In this document: positions 51,570 to 63,500 of the stretch, one piece after another
How the letters are laid out: every line of letters begins with the position of its first letter
Position numbering within the stretch: position 1 is the stretch's first letter
NCBI GenBank assembly: GCA_950097015.1
Contig: CATNEN010000029.1
Location: forward strand, 1,240,001 to 1,304,000
DNA length: 64,000 nt
Source: Macrostomum hystrix
Taxonomy: Eukaryota > Animalia > Platyhelminthes
Direction: 5' to 3'
Position numbers and translations under genes: made by a program
The notes under the pieces: generated by a model
Told to the model about the DNA's origin: nothing
The model's input: the letters and a program-made list of their open reading frames with translations, nothing else
Database searches by the model: none

Positions 51570-51752
51570 AGAAGATTAGAAGATACTCACAGAAGATTAG
51601 AAGATACTCACAGAAGATTAGAAGATACTCACAGAAGATTAGAAGATACTCACAGCAGATTAGAAGATACTCACAGCAGATTAGAAGATACTCACAGCAG
51701 ATTAGAAGATACTCACAGCAGATTAGAAGATACTCACAGCAGATTAGAAGAT
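51570..51752. repeat. 21-bp minisatellite, ~9 copies
   Basis: Unit agattagaagatactcacaga/c. Confidence 0.93.
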
Positions 51753-52036
51753 AATCTATTTACAATCATGACATAGAAGATCGCAGAAATTGCGTAAAGT
51801 TTGAAAGCACAGGCGATAAACAAATCCCGAATTAAGGTGCTACAAGACGACCTTGTAGGAGTTTCCTGGCCTTTGTTGAGCTAGGCCAGGAATTGAGCTA
51901 TTCTCAGGTAATACATAAAAACAAACACATGGCATCAGATCTCAAAGTTGTCACTCCCATTCAAGCACGCCCACTCCAGCTTGCCCAAATACGGAATCGA
52001 ATTAAAACAAAGTCGCTCAGCTCGCGGGGTGTCCAG

Positions 52037-52074
52037 CCAATCGGAACTCGCGGCGAAAAGCGCGCCTATTTAAA
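52037..52074 (+). promoter_or_regulatory. Candidate CCAAT + TATA promoter of the cysteine-rich peptide gene
   Basis: CCAAT at ~52037-52041 and TATTTAAA at 52067-52074, ~120 bp before the ATG at 52192; AATAAA at 52637-52642 after the stop. Confidence 0.5.
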
Positions 52075-52191
52075 TGCGCGCTTCTAGTCTCAAGCGGATC
52101 GCGCTCGGTTCAATAAGTGCGACGGAAAAACTTTGAGTGTAACTAATACTCAAGCATCAAAGCATTTTTATTCGAGAAAAATAAAACCGTA

Positions 52192-52570
52192 ATGGCTCGC
52201 TATGGCCAGAGTCTCTTTTCAACGACGCCGTTGCTGCTGCTGCTGTTGCTCTTGCTGCAGAGCGGCATCTGCAGCTGCGCCGGCGTCCTAGCCGACGAAG
52301 GCATGAACGACCTCGAAGACGGCTCCCCGGTTCTGTTGAAGAAGTTCGCTGGGCACTGTAAGCCTCCACAGCTTGCACTAGTGTTACTTTTGTGATACCA
52401 GTTGCTGCTACAGTCAGCCATTACAAAACTTTGCAGATAGGCACACCGGCCTGACCTACTGCACCCGGCTGTGCCACTACAACTTCGGCGAGCAGTCTGG
52501 CTGTCGGGGCTATTTCAATTTTAACAGCCGCGGCTGCGACTGCGTCTGCGCCGCCTTCAGCAGGGGCTGA
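52192..52570 (+). CDS. Secreted cysteine-rich peptide precursor (CS-alpha-beta defensin / mytilin-like), 99 aa
   Basis: Exons 52192-52357 (|gtaagc) and 52437-52570 (ttgcag|), phase 1. Signal peptide (poly-Leu), acidic pro-region, KK, then FAGHYRHTGLTYCTRLCHYNFGEQSGCRGYFNFNSRGCDCVCAAFSRG*. Confidence 0.75.
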
Positions 52571-52944
52571 CGGACTTGGCTGATCAGCACAGACTTACTA
52601 ACAATGCTCTTTTTAATGTACTATAAAAAACTCCTAAATAAACGTGAAATCGACTAAACTGGGAGCAAAAATCGATTTTCTTGATAAGACAGAAAATTCA
52701 CAGAAAGCAGCTGCTTAATCATCATTTGCGCGACTTTTTGCAGCAATCGCAAACAGCAAACAACCGAATGTTTATCTAAACTGTCTTATTTTATTGGTAA
52801 GAAACTACGAGAATTAGCATAGTCGTTCTAATCATATATCGATACGATTACTAAATTTGCATGAAAGTCCTAGAAATACTTTGAAACCATGTACAGCAAA
52901 CCACAAGCACTTGGTGGAATTGCTGTTCAGAGGGGCTGAGTGGC

Positions 52945-53200
52945 AGCGCCCCACATTCATTTGGGGCGCAGCCGCGGAGACTAGGCTTGTCGTCCAATTT
53001 ACGCCCATTAGGGCCAACCTCCTAGGCCCGGTGAAAGTGTACGCAGATTGACGATGAGAAAGTAAGGGCAGATGTACACACCTGTGTGAGCGTGTGCCTG
53101 CATATACGGTATCTGTATGCGTGTGTGCTCAGGAGTCAGCGAAATAGGCACAATTGCCTCTTCGCTGGCTGCGGGTCTAGTATCACCAAATGATGTGCCA
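52945..53200 (+). mobile_element. SINE family A copy, 5'-degraded, running directly into a 20-bp array
   Basis: ccacattcatttggggcgcagccgcggaga...gacgatgagaaagtaagggcagatgtacacacctgtgtgagcg. Confidence 0.75.
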
Positions 53201-53204
53201 GTGC

Positions 53205-54992
53205 TAAGAGTGGGAATGGCAGCTAGAAAGAGTGGGAATGGCAGCCATGGAGTTAGAATGGCAGCCATAGAGTTGGAATGGCAGCCATAGAGTGGGAATG
53301 GTATCTAGATAGAGTGGGAATGGCAGCCATAGAGTTGGAATGGCAGCCATGGAGTTGGAATGGCAGCCATAGAGTTGGAATGGCAGCCATAGAGTGGGAA
53401 TGGTATCTAGATAGAGTGGGAATGGAAGCCAGAACGAGTGGGAATGGCAGCCATAGAGTTGGAATGGCAGCCATAGAGTTGGAATGGCAGCCATAGAGTG
53501 GGAATGGCAGCCATAGAGTGGGAATGGTAGCCAGAAAGAGTGGGAATGGCAGCCATAGAGTTGGAATGGCAGCCATAGAGTTGGAATGGCAGCCATAGAG
53601 TTGGAATGGCAGCCATAGAGTTGGAATGGCAGCCATAGAGTGGGAATGGTATCTAGATAGAGTGGGAATGGAAGCCAGAACGAGTGGGAATGGCAGCCAT
53701 AGAGTTGGAATGGCAGCCATAGAGTTGGAATGGCAGCCATAGAGTTGGAATGGCAGCCATAGAGTGGGAATGGCAGCCATAGAGTGGGAATGGAAGCCAG
53801 AACGAGTGGGAATGGCAGCCATAGAGTTGGAATGGCAGCCATAGAGTGGGAATGGCAGCCACAGAGTGGGAATGGCATCTAGATAGAGTGGGAATGGAAG
53901 CCAGAACGAGTGGGAATGGCAGCCATAGAGTTGGAATGGCAGCCATAGAGTTGGAATGGCAGCCATAGAGTAGGAATGGCAGCCATAGAGTGGGAATGGC
54001 ATCTAGATAGAGTGGGAATGGAAGCCAGAACGAGTGGGAATGGCAGCCATAGAGTTGGAATGGCAGCCATAGAGTTGGAATGGCAGCCATAGAGTGGGAA
54101 TGGCAGCCATAGAGTGGGAATGGTAGCCAGAAAGAGTGGGAATGGCAGCCATAGAGTTGGAATGGCAGCCATAGAGTTGGAATGGCAGCCATAGAGTTGG
54201 AATGGCAGCCATAGAGTTGGAATGGCAGCCATAGAGTGGGAATGGTATCTAGATAGAGTGGGAATGGAAGCCAGAACGAGTGGGAATGGCAGCCATAGAG
54301 TTGGAATGGCAGCCATAGAGTTGGAATGGCAGCCATAGAGTTGGAATGGCAGCCATAGAGTGGGAATGGCAGCCATAGAGTGGGAATGGTAGCCAGAACG
54401 AGTGGGAATGGCAGCCATAGAGTTGGAATGGCAGCCATAGAGTGGGAATGGCAGCCACAGAGTGGGAATGGCATCTAGATAGAGTGGGAATGGAAGCCAG
54501 AACGAGTGGGAATGGCAGCCATAGAGTTGGAATGGCAGCCATAGAGTTGGAATGGCAGCCATAGAGTAGGAATGGCAGCCATAGAGTGGGAATGGCATCT
54601 AGATAGAGTGGGAATGGAAGCCAGAACGAGTGGGAATGGCAGCCATAGAGTTGGAATGGCAGCCATAGAGTTGGAATGGCAGCCATAGAGTGGGAATGGC
54701 ATCTAGATAGAGTGGGAATGGCAGCTAGAAAGAGTGGGAATGGCAGCTAGAAAGAGTGGGAATGGCAGCCATAGAGTTGGAATGGCAGCCATAGAGTGGG
54801 AATGGTATCTAGATAGAGTGGGAATGGAAGCCAGAACGAGTGGGAATAGCAGCCATAGAGTTGGAATGGCAGCCATAGAGTGGGAATGGCAGCCATAGAG
54901 TGGGAATGGCAGCCATAGAGTGGGAATGGTAGCCAGAAAGAGTGGGAATGGCAGCCAGAAAGAGTGGGGATGGCAGCCGGAAAGAGTGGGAA
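53205..54992. repeat. 20-bp minisatellite, ~89 units with higher-order variants
   Basis: Unit agagtgggaatggcagccat, with recurring variants gtatctagat and gaagccagaacg. Confidence 0.97.
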
Positions 54993-55745
54993 TCAAACTT
55001 GCCAACTGATCTTGAATCTCGTCCCAGAATGATCTAGGGTCATGCTAGCCTGAATGTGTTTTTCTCCTAATTTTGTTATTTAAACCTTTATTTGTGACAT
55101 GGAACTTTAGTATTCTCATATTTCATCGAACAGGTGTGAAATAAGAATGTCCGCCAAGAATCATATGGCCAACTTGCGTAGCGTATAGGAAGCGGGTGCA
55201 GTGGCAAATGAAATTGGGAAAAATATTCAAAGCGAGTGAAAAAAAGGGGATGCAAGTGAGCTAGAAAGATAAGTTTTAGCGTTTCCTAATTAAGACACGG
55301 CGAATTAGTTGGACAGCGCAGGGATTCACAAACGGAGAAGGATTATTCCCGTTATTAGAGTAACTCTAATCTGAAACTGCGGTAATGCTCTGAGAGGGAA
55401 GCCTGATTTGTTAACCAATTCTGAGTTTCCGCTTCGCGTCAATCCGGTTCTCACAAACAAAATTTTTATCAGACAATTTTCACGAGCAACAGTTCCAACA
55501 CTAACGAGGCTTTAAAGTAAGTTTCGATTAGTTTGAATTTTGGCTTCACTGAAACTCGGATAAAGCAAAGCGACTTTTAATGAAAAATGCTCGTATTTCA
55601 GGTATCTGATGTTTTTTAGTTGAAATATTGGCACCACCTGCCCTGCCCTGACGTTCCACTGAATCAAACTGCAGATCATGGACAATTTAATTACATCTAT
55701 ATACAGTTTGTCGTGCCGTCAATGGTGTATATTTCGATCCAGATT

Positions 55746-58010
55746 GAGCGGGAAAGGCAGTCCAGAGAGGGAGCGGGAGTGGCAGTCCAGAGAGGGAGCG
55801 GGAGTGGCAGTCCAGAGAGGGAGCGGGAGTGGCAGTCCAGAGAGGGAGCGGGAGTGGCAGTCCAGAGAGGGAGCGGGAGTGGCAGTCCAGAGAGAGCGGG
55901 AGTGGCAGTCCAGAGAGGGAGCGGGAGTGGCAGTCCAGAGAGGGAGCGGGAGTGGCAGTCCAGAGAGTGAGCGGGAGTAGCAGTCCAGAGAGGGAGCGGG
56001 AGTAGCAGTCCAGAGAGGGAGCGGGAGTGGCAGTCCAGAGAGCGGGAGTGGCAGTCCAGAGAGCGGGCTTTCATCCGGGCCTTCTGCAAGCTTTCATCCA
56101 CCGTGCCGAACGCTGGGCCAATGGCTGCGGCCTCAAACTCTCTGAGTCCAAGACCGTCGCCATTATGTTCACCAGCAAACGAAACTGGAGGATTGAGCCT
56201 CTCCTTCTCTATAACAAACCAATCGCCATGGAGAAGCAAACCAGATGCTTAGGTGTCATCCTCGACCACAGGTTGAGCTGGACACCTCACGTCAAATTCA
56301 AAACCCGTAAAGCTCTTGCGACGCTCGCGCAGATTCGCAGAGCCTTCGGCGCCACCTGGGGCCTCACCCCCCGCCGTCTCTGGTGGATTTACACTACCAT
56401 TGTAAGACCGGCCATCTCTTTTGCCGGCTTCATCTGGAATAGTGCCCTGGAGACCAAAGGGGTCCTGGAGGCCCTAAACAAGGTGCAGGGCCGTGCTTGT
56501 CGAGCCATCATGAGTGCGGCACCCTCCACTCCCTTCGCTGGCATGAATGCCTTCCTGGACCTTCCCCCTTTAGATCTTTTTATCAAGGGGGAGGCGATGA
56601 AGACGGCTCGTCGTCTTCTGGACGCGGGTATCTCCATCCGGAAGCAACTTGCCTTCAGCAAGCGGAACCTCCAGCCCCATGGCGACCTCAGCCTACGGGA
56701 CCTGGACGCAGCAGGAGGTCTCAAAATTCTCTCCGACGGAATCCCGTCGACGCTGTGCCCACCGCAAAAATTCAAAACCAGCATTCCGCCTCGCCAGGAA
56801 GTACGTGACCACGGCCAACCCCGTGAAATTCACTGCTTCACCGACGGATCGCAAATCAACTCGGTCTCTGGTTTCGGCTACTGCATTATGTCCGGAGGGA
56901 AAACTGTGGCGACCTTCTCCCAGCACACCGGCATAAACTCTACTGTTTTCCAGAACGAAGTTCTGGCCATCAGCTCCTGCGCCCTGGAGCTGATCTACCA
57001 AAACGTCCATGGAGCAGAAATCTTCCTCCACTCGGACAGCCAGGCGGCGATCCATGCCCTTGGACGCACGCACACCTGCTCGCGCACAGTCCTTGACTGC
57101 GTCGCGCAACTCAACCGCTTAGGGACCCACAACAAGGTGTCCCTAAGGTGGATTCCAGGGCACTCTGGCCACCCTGGTAACGAATTGGCCGACAGCCTCG
57201 CCAAGGCCGGTTCGACGGGTTCGCTTTTTGGCCCCGTGCCTGCGGTCTCCACCCCTACCGCCGTCGTCAACACTCGGATTAACCAGTGGGTGACCTCAAA
57301 GCACAAGGACAGATGGATCAATACCGCCGATTGTCGGCAGTCTCGCGCTGCTGTCCCTTGTCCCTCCACTGCCCTTCGCAAAGCCTTGCTTGGACTGAAC
57401 CGCAAGGACATCAGGGCAGTCACCATGGCCCTCTCTGGCCATGGCTGTTTCGCCAGGCACCGCTTCCTGCAAGGCAAAATCCGCAGTGAGGAATGCCCCT
57501 TCTGCCTCTCCTATGTTGAGGATGCAGAGCATTTTATTTGCGACTGCCCCGCCTTCACTCAGGACCGGCTCACCTATCTCGGCCCAAACCCGGATCTCCC
57601 CGACGTTTTCAGGCCTGAGAACATCTGCCAGCTCGTCCGATACCTGAGGGCCACCGGGCGAGCAACCCTCCACCTCCTGGACACTCCGGAGGAGGACCGC
57701 GCTGCGGACGCCGGCACCACCGGATCCCCCTGCGCGACACCGCAGCTCTAGTTGCCCGTGGTCGCCAGGGGCTAGCGGAATGGGCGGCAACGCCTCCCCG
57801 CTGCATCCGGAAGATGCCCCCTGCAGCTAAGTCAAGTCAAGAGCGGGAGTAGCAGTCCAGAGAGGGAGCGGGAGTAGCAGTCCAGAGAGGGAGCGGGAGT
57901 GGCAGTCCAGAGAGCGGGAGTGGCAGTCCAGAGAGCGGGAGTGGCAGTCCAGAGAGCGGGAGTGGCAGTCCAGAGAGCGGGAGTGGCAGTCCAGAGAGCG
58001 GGAGTGGCGG
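55746..58010. repeat. 25/21-bp minisatellite split by a LINE (55746-56067 and 57841-58010)
   Basis: Unit gagggagcgggagtggcagtccaga on both sides of the insertion. Confidence 0.93.
56068..57840 (+). mobile_element. 5'-truncated non-LTR retrotransposon (RT C-terminus + RNase H + CCHC finger; Loa/R1/I-group-like)
   Basis: Uninterrupted frame to 57751: [30 protein letters not shown], RNase [43 protein letters not shown]. 3' tail AAGTCAAGTCAA; (A)GAGCGGG at both junctions. Confidence 0.93.
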
Positions 58011-58724
58011 TCATAAGCAATTCTCTTGTACCCAAGAACAGTTGCCTAAATGTTGCAGGATAGTTTTTAGTTTTCCCGGCAGAGTGAAATAATACTAGTC
58101 AATATTGAAAGGCATGTTTTGAAATAAATGCAAATATAAAAGCATAAATTAAATTCAATATTAGAAAATCCGTTAAAAACCAATGTGATATATATGTATT
58201 ATATTTAAGTTATAGTTTTAATTACAGAGTCAAGTATCAGGCCAAAGTAACGAGCAAGACATTAAGTGTTAAGGAGTTCACAGGTTTCATATTTTCCAAA
58301 TTTTTATCGAAGACCGTAATAAATCATATTTATTTAAAACAAATAACAAGACACATAGTACGCTGTCCATTTGATTATCAGCTAGCATTCATACTCTTAG
58401 TAGTCAGTGCAGTAAGAAAAATCATATAGAGTAAATTAAAAACAATCACAGCCACATATGAACAATAGGCAATAGAGTGAATATTAAAGCGCAATAAAAA
58501 GTCGTTCAGCTAATGCTCAAATGATATACATAATACTACTATTCAAAGTAGTAGCGTACGAAAACAATACGCAACAGAAAAAGTGCATGGGCCATTAAGA
58601 TGCAGCGCCGTTGGACCAGATAGTGCAGATTTGATCGACTGAGGTCAAGTGGATGTGGGAGATTCCTAAATTCAAGAATAGGGACTCGGATACATTGATT
58701 TAGGTGGGTCAAAAGGGATTCAGG

Positions 58725-59490
58725 TGGGTCAGTCGAAATTCAGGTGGGTCAACAAGGATTCAGGTGGGTCAACAGGGATTCAGGTGGGTCAACAGGGATT
58801 AAGGTGGGTCAACAGGGATTCAGGTGAGTCAATAGGGATTCAGGTGAGTTAACAGCAATTTAGGTGGGTCAACAGGAATTCAGGTGGGTCAGACGAAATT
58901 CAGGTGGGTCAACAGGGATTCAGGTGGGTCAATAGCGATTTAGGTGGGTCAACAGGGATTCAGGTGAGTCAATAGGGATTCAGGTGAGTTAACAGCAATT
59001 TAGGTGGGTCAACAGGGATTAAGGTGGGTCAACAGGGATTCAGGTGGGTCAACAGGAATTCAGGTGGGTCAATAGCGATTTAGGTGGGTCAACAGGGATT
59101 CAGGTGAGTCAATAGGGATTCAGGTGAGTTAACAGCAATTTAGGTGGGTCAACAGGAATTCAGGTGGGTCAACAGGGATTCAGGTGGGTCAGACGAAATT
59201 CAGGTGGGTCAACAGGGATTCAGGTGGGTCAACAGCGATTTAGGTGGGTCAACAGGGATTCAGGTGGGTCAACAGGGATTAAGGTGGGTCAACAGGGATT
59301 CAGGTGGGTCAACAGGGATTCAGGTGGGTCAACAGGGATTCAGGTGGGTCAACAGCGATTTAGGTGGGTCAACAGGGATTCAGGTGGGTCAATGGGGATT
59401 CAGGTGGGTCAATAGCGATTTAGGTGGGTCAACATGGATTCAGGTGCGTCATTAGGAAATCAAATTGGGTCAATAGGGATTCAGGTGGAA
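58725..59490. repeat. 20-bp minisatellite
   Basis: Unit caggtgggtcaacagggatt. Confidence 0.95.
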
Positions 59491-60024
59491 GTCTGAGGAA
59501 GTCTAAGTTAATGAAGTGAATAGGAAGGCACTTAATAACATTGAGATGTGCATGAGATGAATATGGCCAATGCCGATTCAGCAATCGAATGTCTTAGGCA
59601 GTTAGGATTGTATACCACATATAAAATAAATACAGAAAAAAACAAAACGGAGGTTAGCGGACAAGCACAGCCTACAGGTAGATAAGAAGCTGAAAGAGAG
59701 AACAAAACTGACAACTTCAGATCAGTTTGGCATGATAAAACAGGCCAGATAGGCTAGCAGAAAAATACATGCCCGATAATGGGTTTCACAGTAGGCTTGT
59801 ACAATACGCGGCCTCATATTAAAACAGTGATTTTAATTTTTCTAAATATTAACAGAAATGATGTTATAAATATTTAACATTACAACCAGACCAAAATTTT
59901 AAGTGGTAAATTGCAATAGACGAAAATCCTATTCAATGATTCCAGATTTAAATTTTCCAAAACTGCTGAAGCCCACACAAAAAAATCGCTTATCTGATTA
60001 CAAAGAACAAATTTTGTCCACTGA

Positions 60025-60435
60025 AACATCCCAGTTACTGAAACATCCAAGCGACTAAAATATCATAAAGTGAATGAAATATCCCCAGTTACAAAAAAAT
60101 TCCCAGTTACTGAAATATCCCCAGTTACTGAAATAGTCCCAGATACTGAAATATCCCCAGTTACTGAAACATCCAAGCGACTAAAATATCATAAAGTGAA
60201 TGAAATATCCCCAGTTACTGAAAAATCCCCAGTTACTGAAATATCCCCAGTTACTGAAATATCCCCAGTTACTGAAAAATTCCCAGTTACTGAAATATCC
60301 CCAGTTACTGAAAAATCCCCAGTTACTGAAATATCCCGTTACTGAAATAGTCCCAGATACTGAAATATCCTCAGTTACTGAAATAGTCCCAGATACTGAA
60401 ATATCCCCAGATACTGAAATAGCCCCAGTTACTAA
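60025..60435. repeat. 18-bp minisatellite just 3' of the kinase stop
   Basis: Unit ccagttactgaaatatcc. Confidence 0.9.
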
Positions 60436-60516
60436 AAAGGCTACTGAATATTAAGATATAGCTTATCCAAGTTTCTGTTGTCATTGCTTCCCCGAATAAT
60501 TATCCCAGTTCAGGGG

Positions 60517-63500
60517 CTACAGCTGGGACTGCCTGTAGGCGGCCGGCAGTCGCGTCGACGCAAAACTACTGCCGGCGTCGTTCGTCTCCGAGGCGTCGCT
60601 GCTCGACGAATCCGACGACCCGTTGACGCCGTTTTCATCGACTCGATTGCCGCCTTGACGTTGCTTTTCTTTTTTACTTCGTCGGCGACGCCTTCGCCTT
60701 CGTTGCTGATCGTCGCCGCCAGACGCCGGTTGAGGATTCGCCCTAGACGTCGCCTTCGCTGGCGCGTAGCGCAGTCGCCGATCGTCGTCCGTGGCGAAGG
60801 CGTCCGGATCCAGCCGGCGCGCTGCCACCGCTTCAAAGAGGCTGACGCCGCTGCCGATGATGCCGTTTGATGTCGACGTCGCCGACTCGCTGTCGCGATA
60901 GAACGGCGACTGGGCCAAATCGGCCAGGCTGGCCAGGCGCCGTCGCGGATTTTTCTGCAGCAGCTGGTCGATGGTGTAGCGGCACTGCCAGCTCAGCCGG
61001 CTGGGAGTCTCGTACTCGTGGCCGCGAATCATCTGCGCCATCTGCCGGTGCGACCGGGCGCCGTGCAGAGGGAACTTGACGGGCGAGGGGTTAGGATTAG
61101 AATGCGAAATTGCTAGTGCATTTTTAAAGCACTTCAAAGTCCACATGGTTAAAGAAAAGTTTTGGTTGTGATACGTTCTGTTCTGTAGATTGTTCTGTGG
61201 AGCTGTCTGGTCTGTTCTATAGGTTGCTGTGTTGGTTGATCTGTGGCATGTTTCGTGGGTTGTCTTTGTATTGGTTGTTAGGCCGATTGTGGTGGGGTTG
61301 CTGTCTGGTTGTTCAGTGTTTTCGAGCTCACCTTGCCGCAGACCAGTGCGTAGAACAGAATTCCCAGCGACCACCAGTCCACCGAGTGATCGTACGGCTG
61401 ACCGTTGAGCATCTCGGGTGCTAACATAAGGTAGGAGTCAACAGTAGGCATTAGATCTTGCATAGGGAAGAATCCCATCTTAAACTAGGAAGAATCTCAT
61501 CCTGAATCGGGACGAATCCCATCCTGAATGGGGAAGAATCCCATCCTGAATCGGGAAGAATCCCATCCTGAACAGAGAAGAATCCCATCCTCAAGAGAAG
61601 AATCCCATCCTGAATAGGGAAGAATCCCATCCTGAATAGGGAAGAATCCCATCCTGAATCGGGACGAATCCAATCCTGAACAGGGAAGAATCCAATCTTG
61701 AATCCGGATGAATTCCATCCTGAATAGGGAAGAATCCCATCCAGAATCGGGAAGAATCCCATCCTGAATAGGGATGAGTCCCATCCTGAATAGGGAAGAA
61801 TCCCATCCTAAATCGGGACGAAAACAATCCTGAACAGGGAAGAATCCCATCTTGAATCCGGACGAATCCCATCCTGAATAGGGAAGAATCCCATCCTGAA
61901 TAGGGAAGAGTCCCATCCTGAATAGGGAAGAATCCCATCCTGAATCGGGACGAATCCAATCCTGAACAGGGAAGAATCCCATCTTGAATCCGGACGAATC
62001 CCATCCTGAATAGGGAAGAATCCTATCCTGAATAGGGAAGAATCCTGAATAGGGAAGAATCCCATCCTGAATCGGGACGAATCCAATCCTGAAAAGGGAA
62101 GAATTCCATCCAGAATAGGCAAGAATACATCCTGAACAGGGAAGATTCCCATCCTGAACAGAGAAGAATCCCATCCTAAACAGGGAAGAATCATATCCTG
62201 AACAGGGAAGAATCCTATCCTAAACAGGTAAGAATCCCATCCTGAACAGGAAAAAATCCCATCCTGAATTCTCTGAAAACACAGAGAAGCACAGCATTGC
62301 CAACCTGCATAGGTAAGCGTCCCGCAAATAGTCCTGGTGATCTGACCCCGCCTCAGCCATTTGCACAGTCCAAAGTCCACCAGCACCAAATGGCCAGCAG
62401 CGTCCAGTACAACATTCTCCAGTTTGAGATCGCGGAAGATCACGCCTCGGCTGTGCAGGAAGTCCAGGCAGCAGGCCAGCTCTGCGGTGTAAAATCTGGC
62501 CAGCTGCTCCGAGTAGCGGCCGTGCCGGCGCCAGTCGGCGAAGAGCTCGCCGTTGGGCAGGAACTGCAGCAGCAGGTAGAGCCGCTTCCTAGTCTGCCAG
62601 TGGCACTGCAGAGCGGCCACGAATGCCGAATGACCAACGGCCAGCTGGACGCCAACTTCGTCTTTGCTCTGGTGGACAACGCCATGGCCCTGGGTAAGTA
62701 GGCGCGCTTTGTCAATCACCTTCAAAGCGTACAGCTGCTTGTCGTCCTCAGAGCGGACTTTTAACACGTTGCCAAACGCGCCGGCAGCAATAACGTCTAG
62801 CACCTGAATAGGTGAATAGGGCCAAAAAGTAATGAATTGTGATATTCTTTCAGAGCGGTTGACATCCCTGCCTCTCGCACCAAGGTCCCTGAGCTCGAAT
62901 CCGCACTCATTTTAGGCGCAGCAGCACAGAGAAGGCTTGGGGATTCGAACCCTCAAGGTACAACGAGAGTGTAAACTGCCTGACAATGAGAAAGTCAGGG
63001 CTCAGGGTCGACTGTCACCAAATCATGGATACAATGGACAATATTATACATCTGTGGGGGGCCTTGCCTCGAGATCGCCCAACTCGTGCGGACCCGGCCG
63101 CACGGGAAACTCCGGTAAGAACAGGGACTCGATGAACGGCACCGGCCATTTGGACTTCGATCCGCCGAACGGGTCGCCCAGCGTCGATCGTTGAATTCGC
63201 CTACGGCTGCCGCGGTTCCATCGGTCGGCTAGTTCAGCAGCGGACGCTGACTGCTCTGTCGCTACCGCTGATACAGCAGGAGGGGCATCATGCTAGAAGG
63301 GTTGGATAAACACACTGAGCTTGTTAACGAATCTATTAAGTCTTGGGTGTTTAGTTTAAGTACTGGTCCGTGCCGGGATGAGACAATTCCCAGATGAGGC
63401 TATTCTCCGATAAGCCTATTCTCAGATAAGCCTATTTTCAAATGAGGCTATTCTCAGATGAGGCTATTCTCAGATGAGACTATTCTCAGATGAGGCTATT

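Noticed and set aside
56027-56067. ORF-track start of the 574-aa LINE ORF
   Set aside because: The GTG start and first residues come from the flanking minisatellite; the element is 5'-truncated inside RT.
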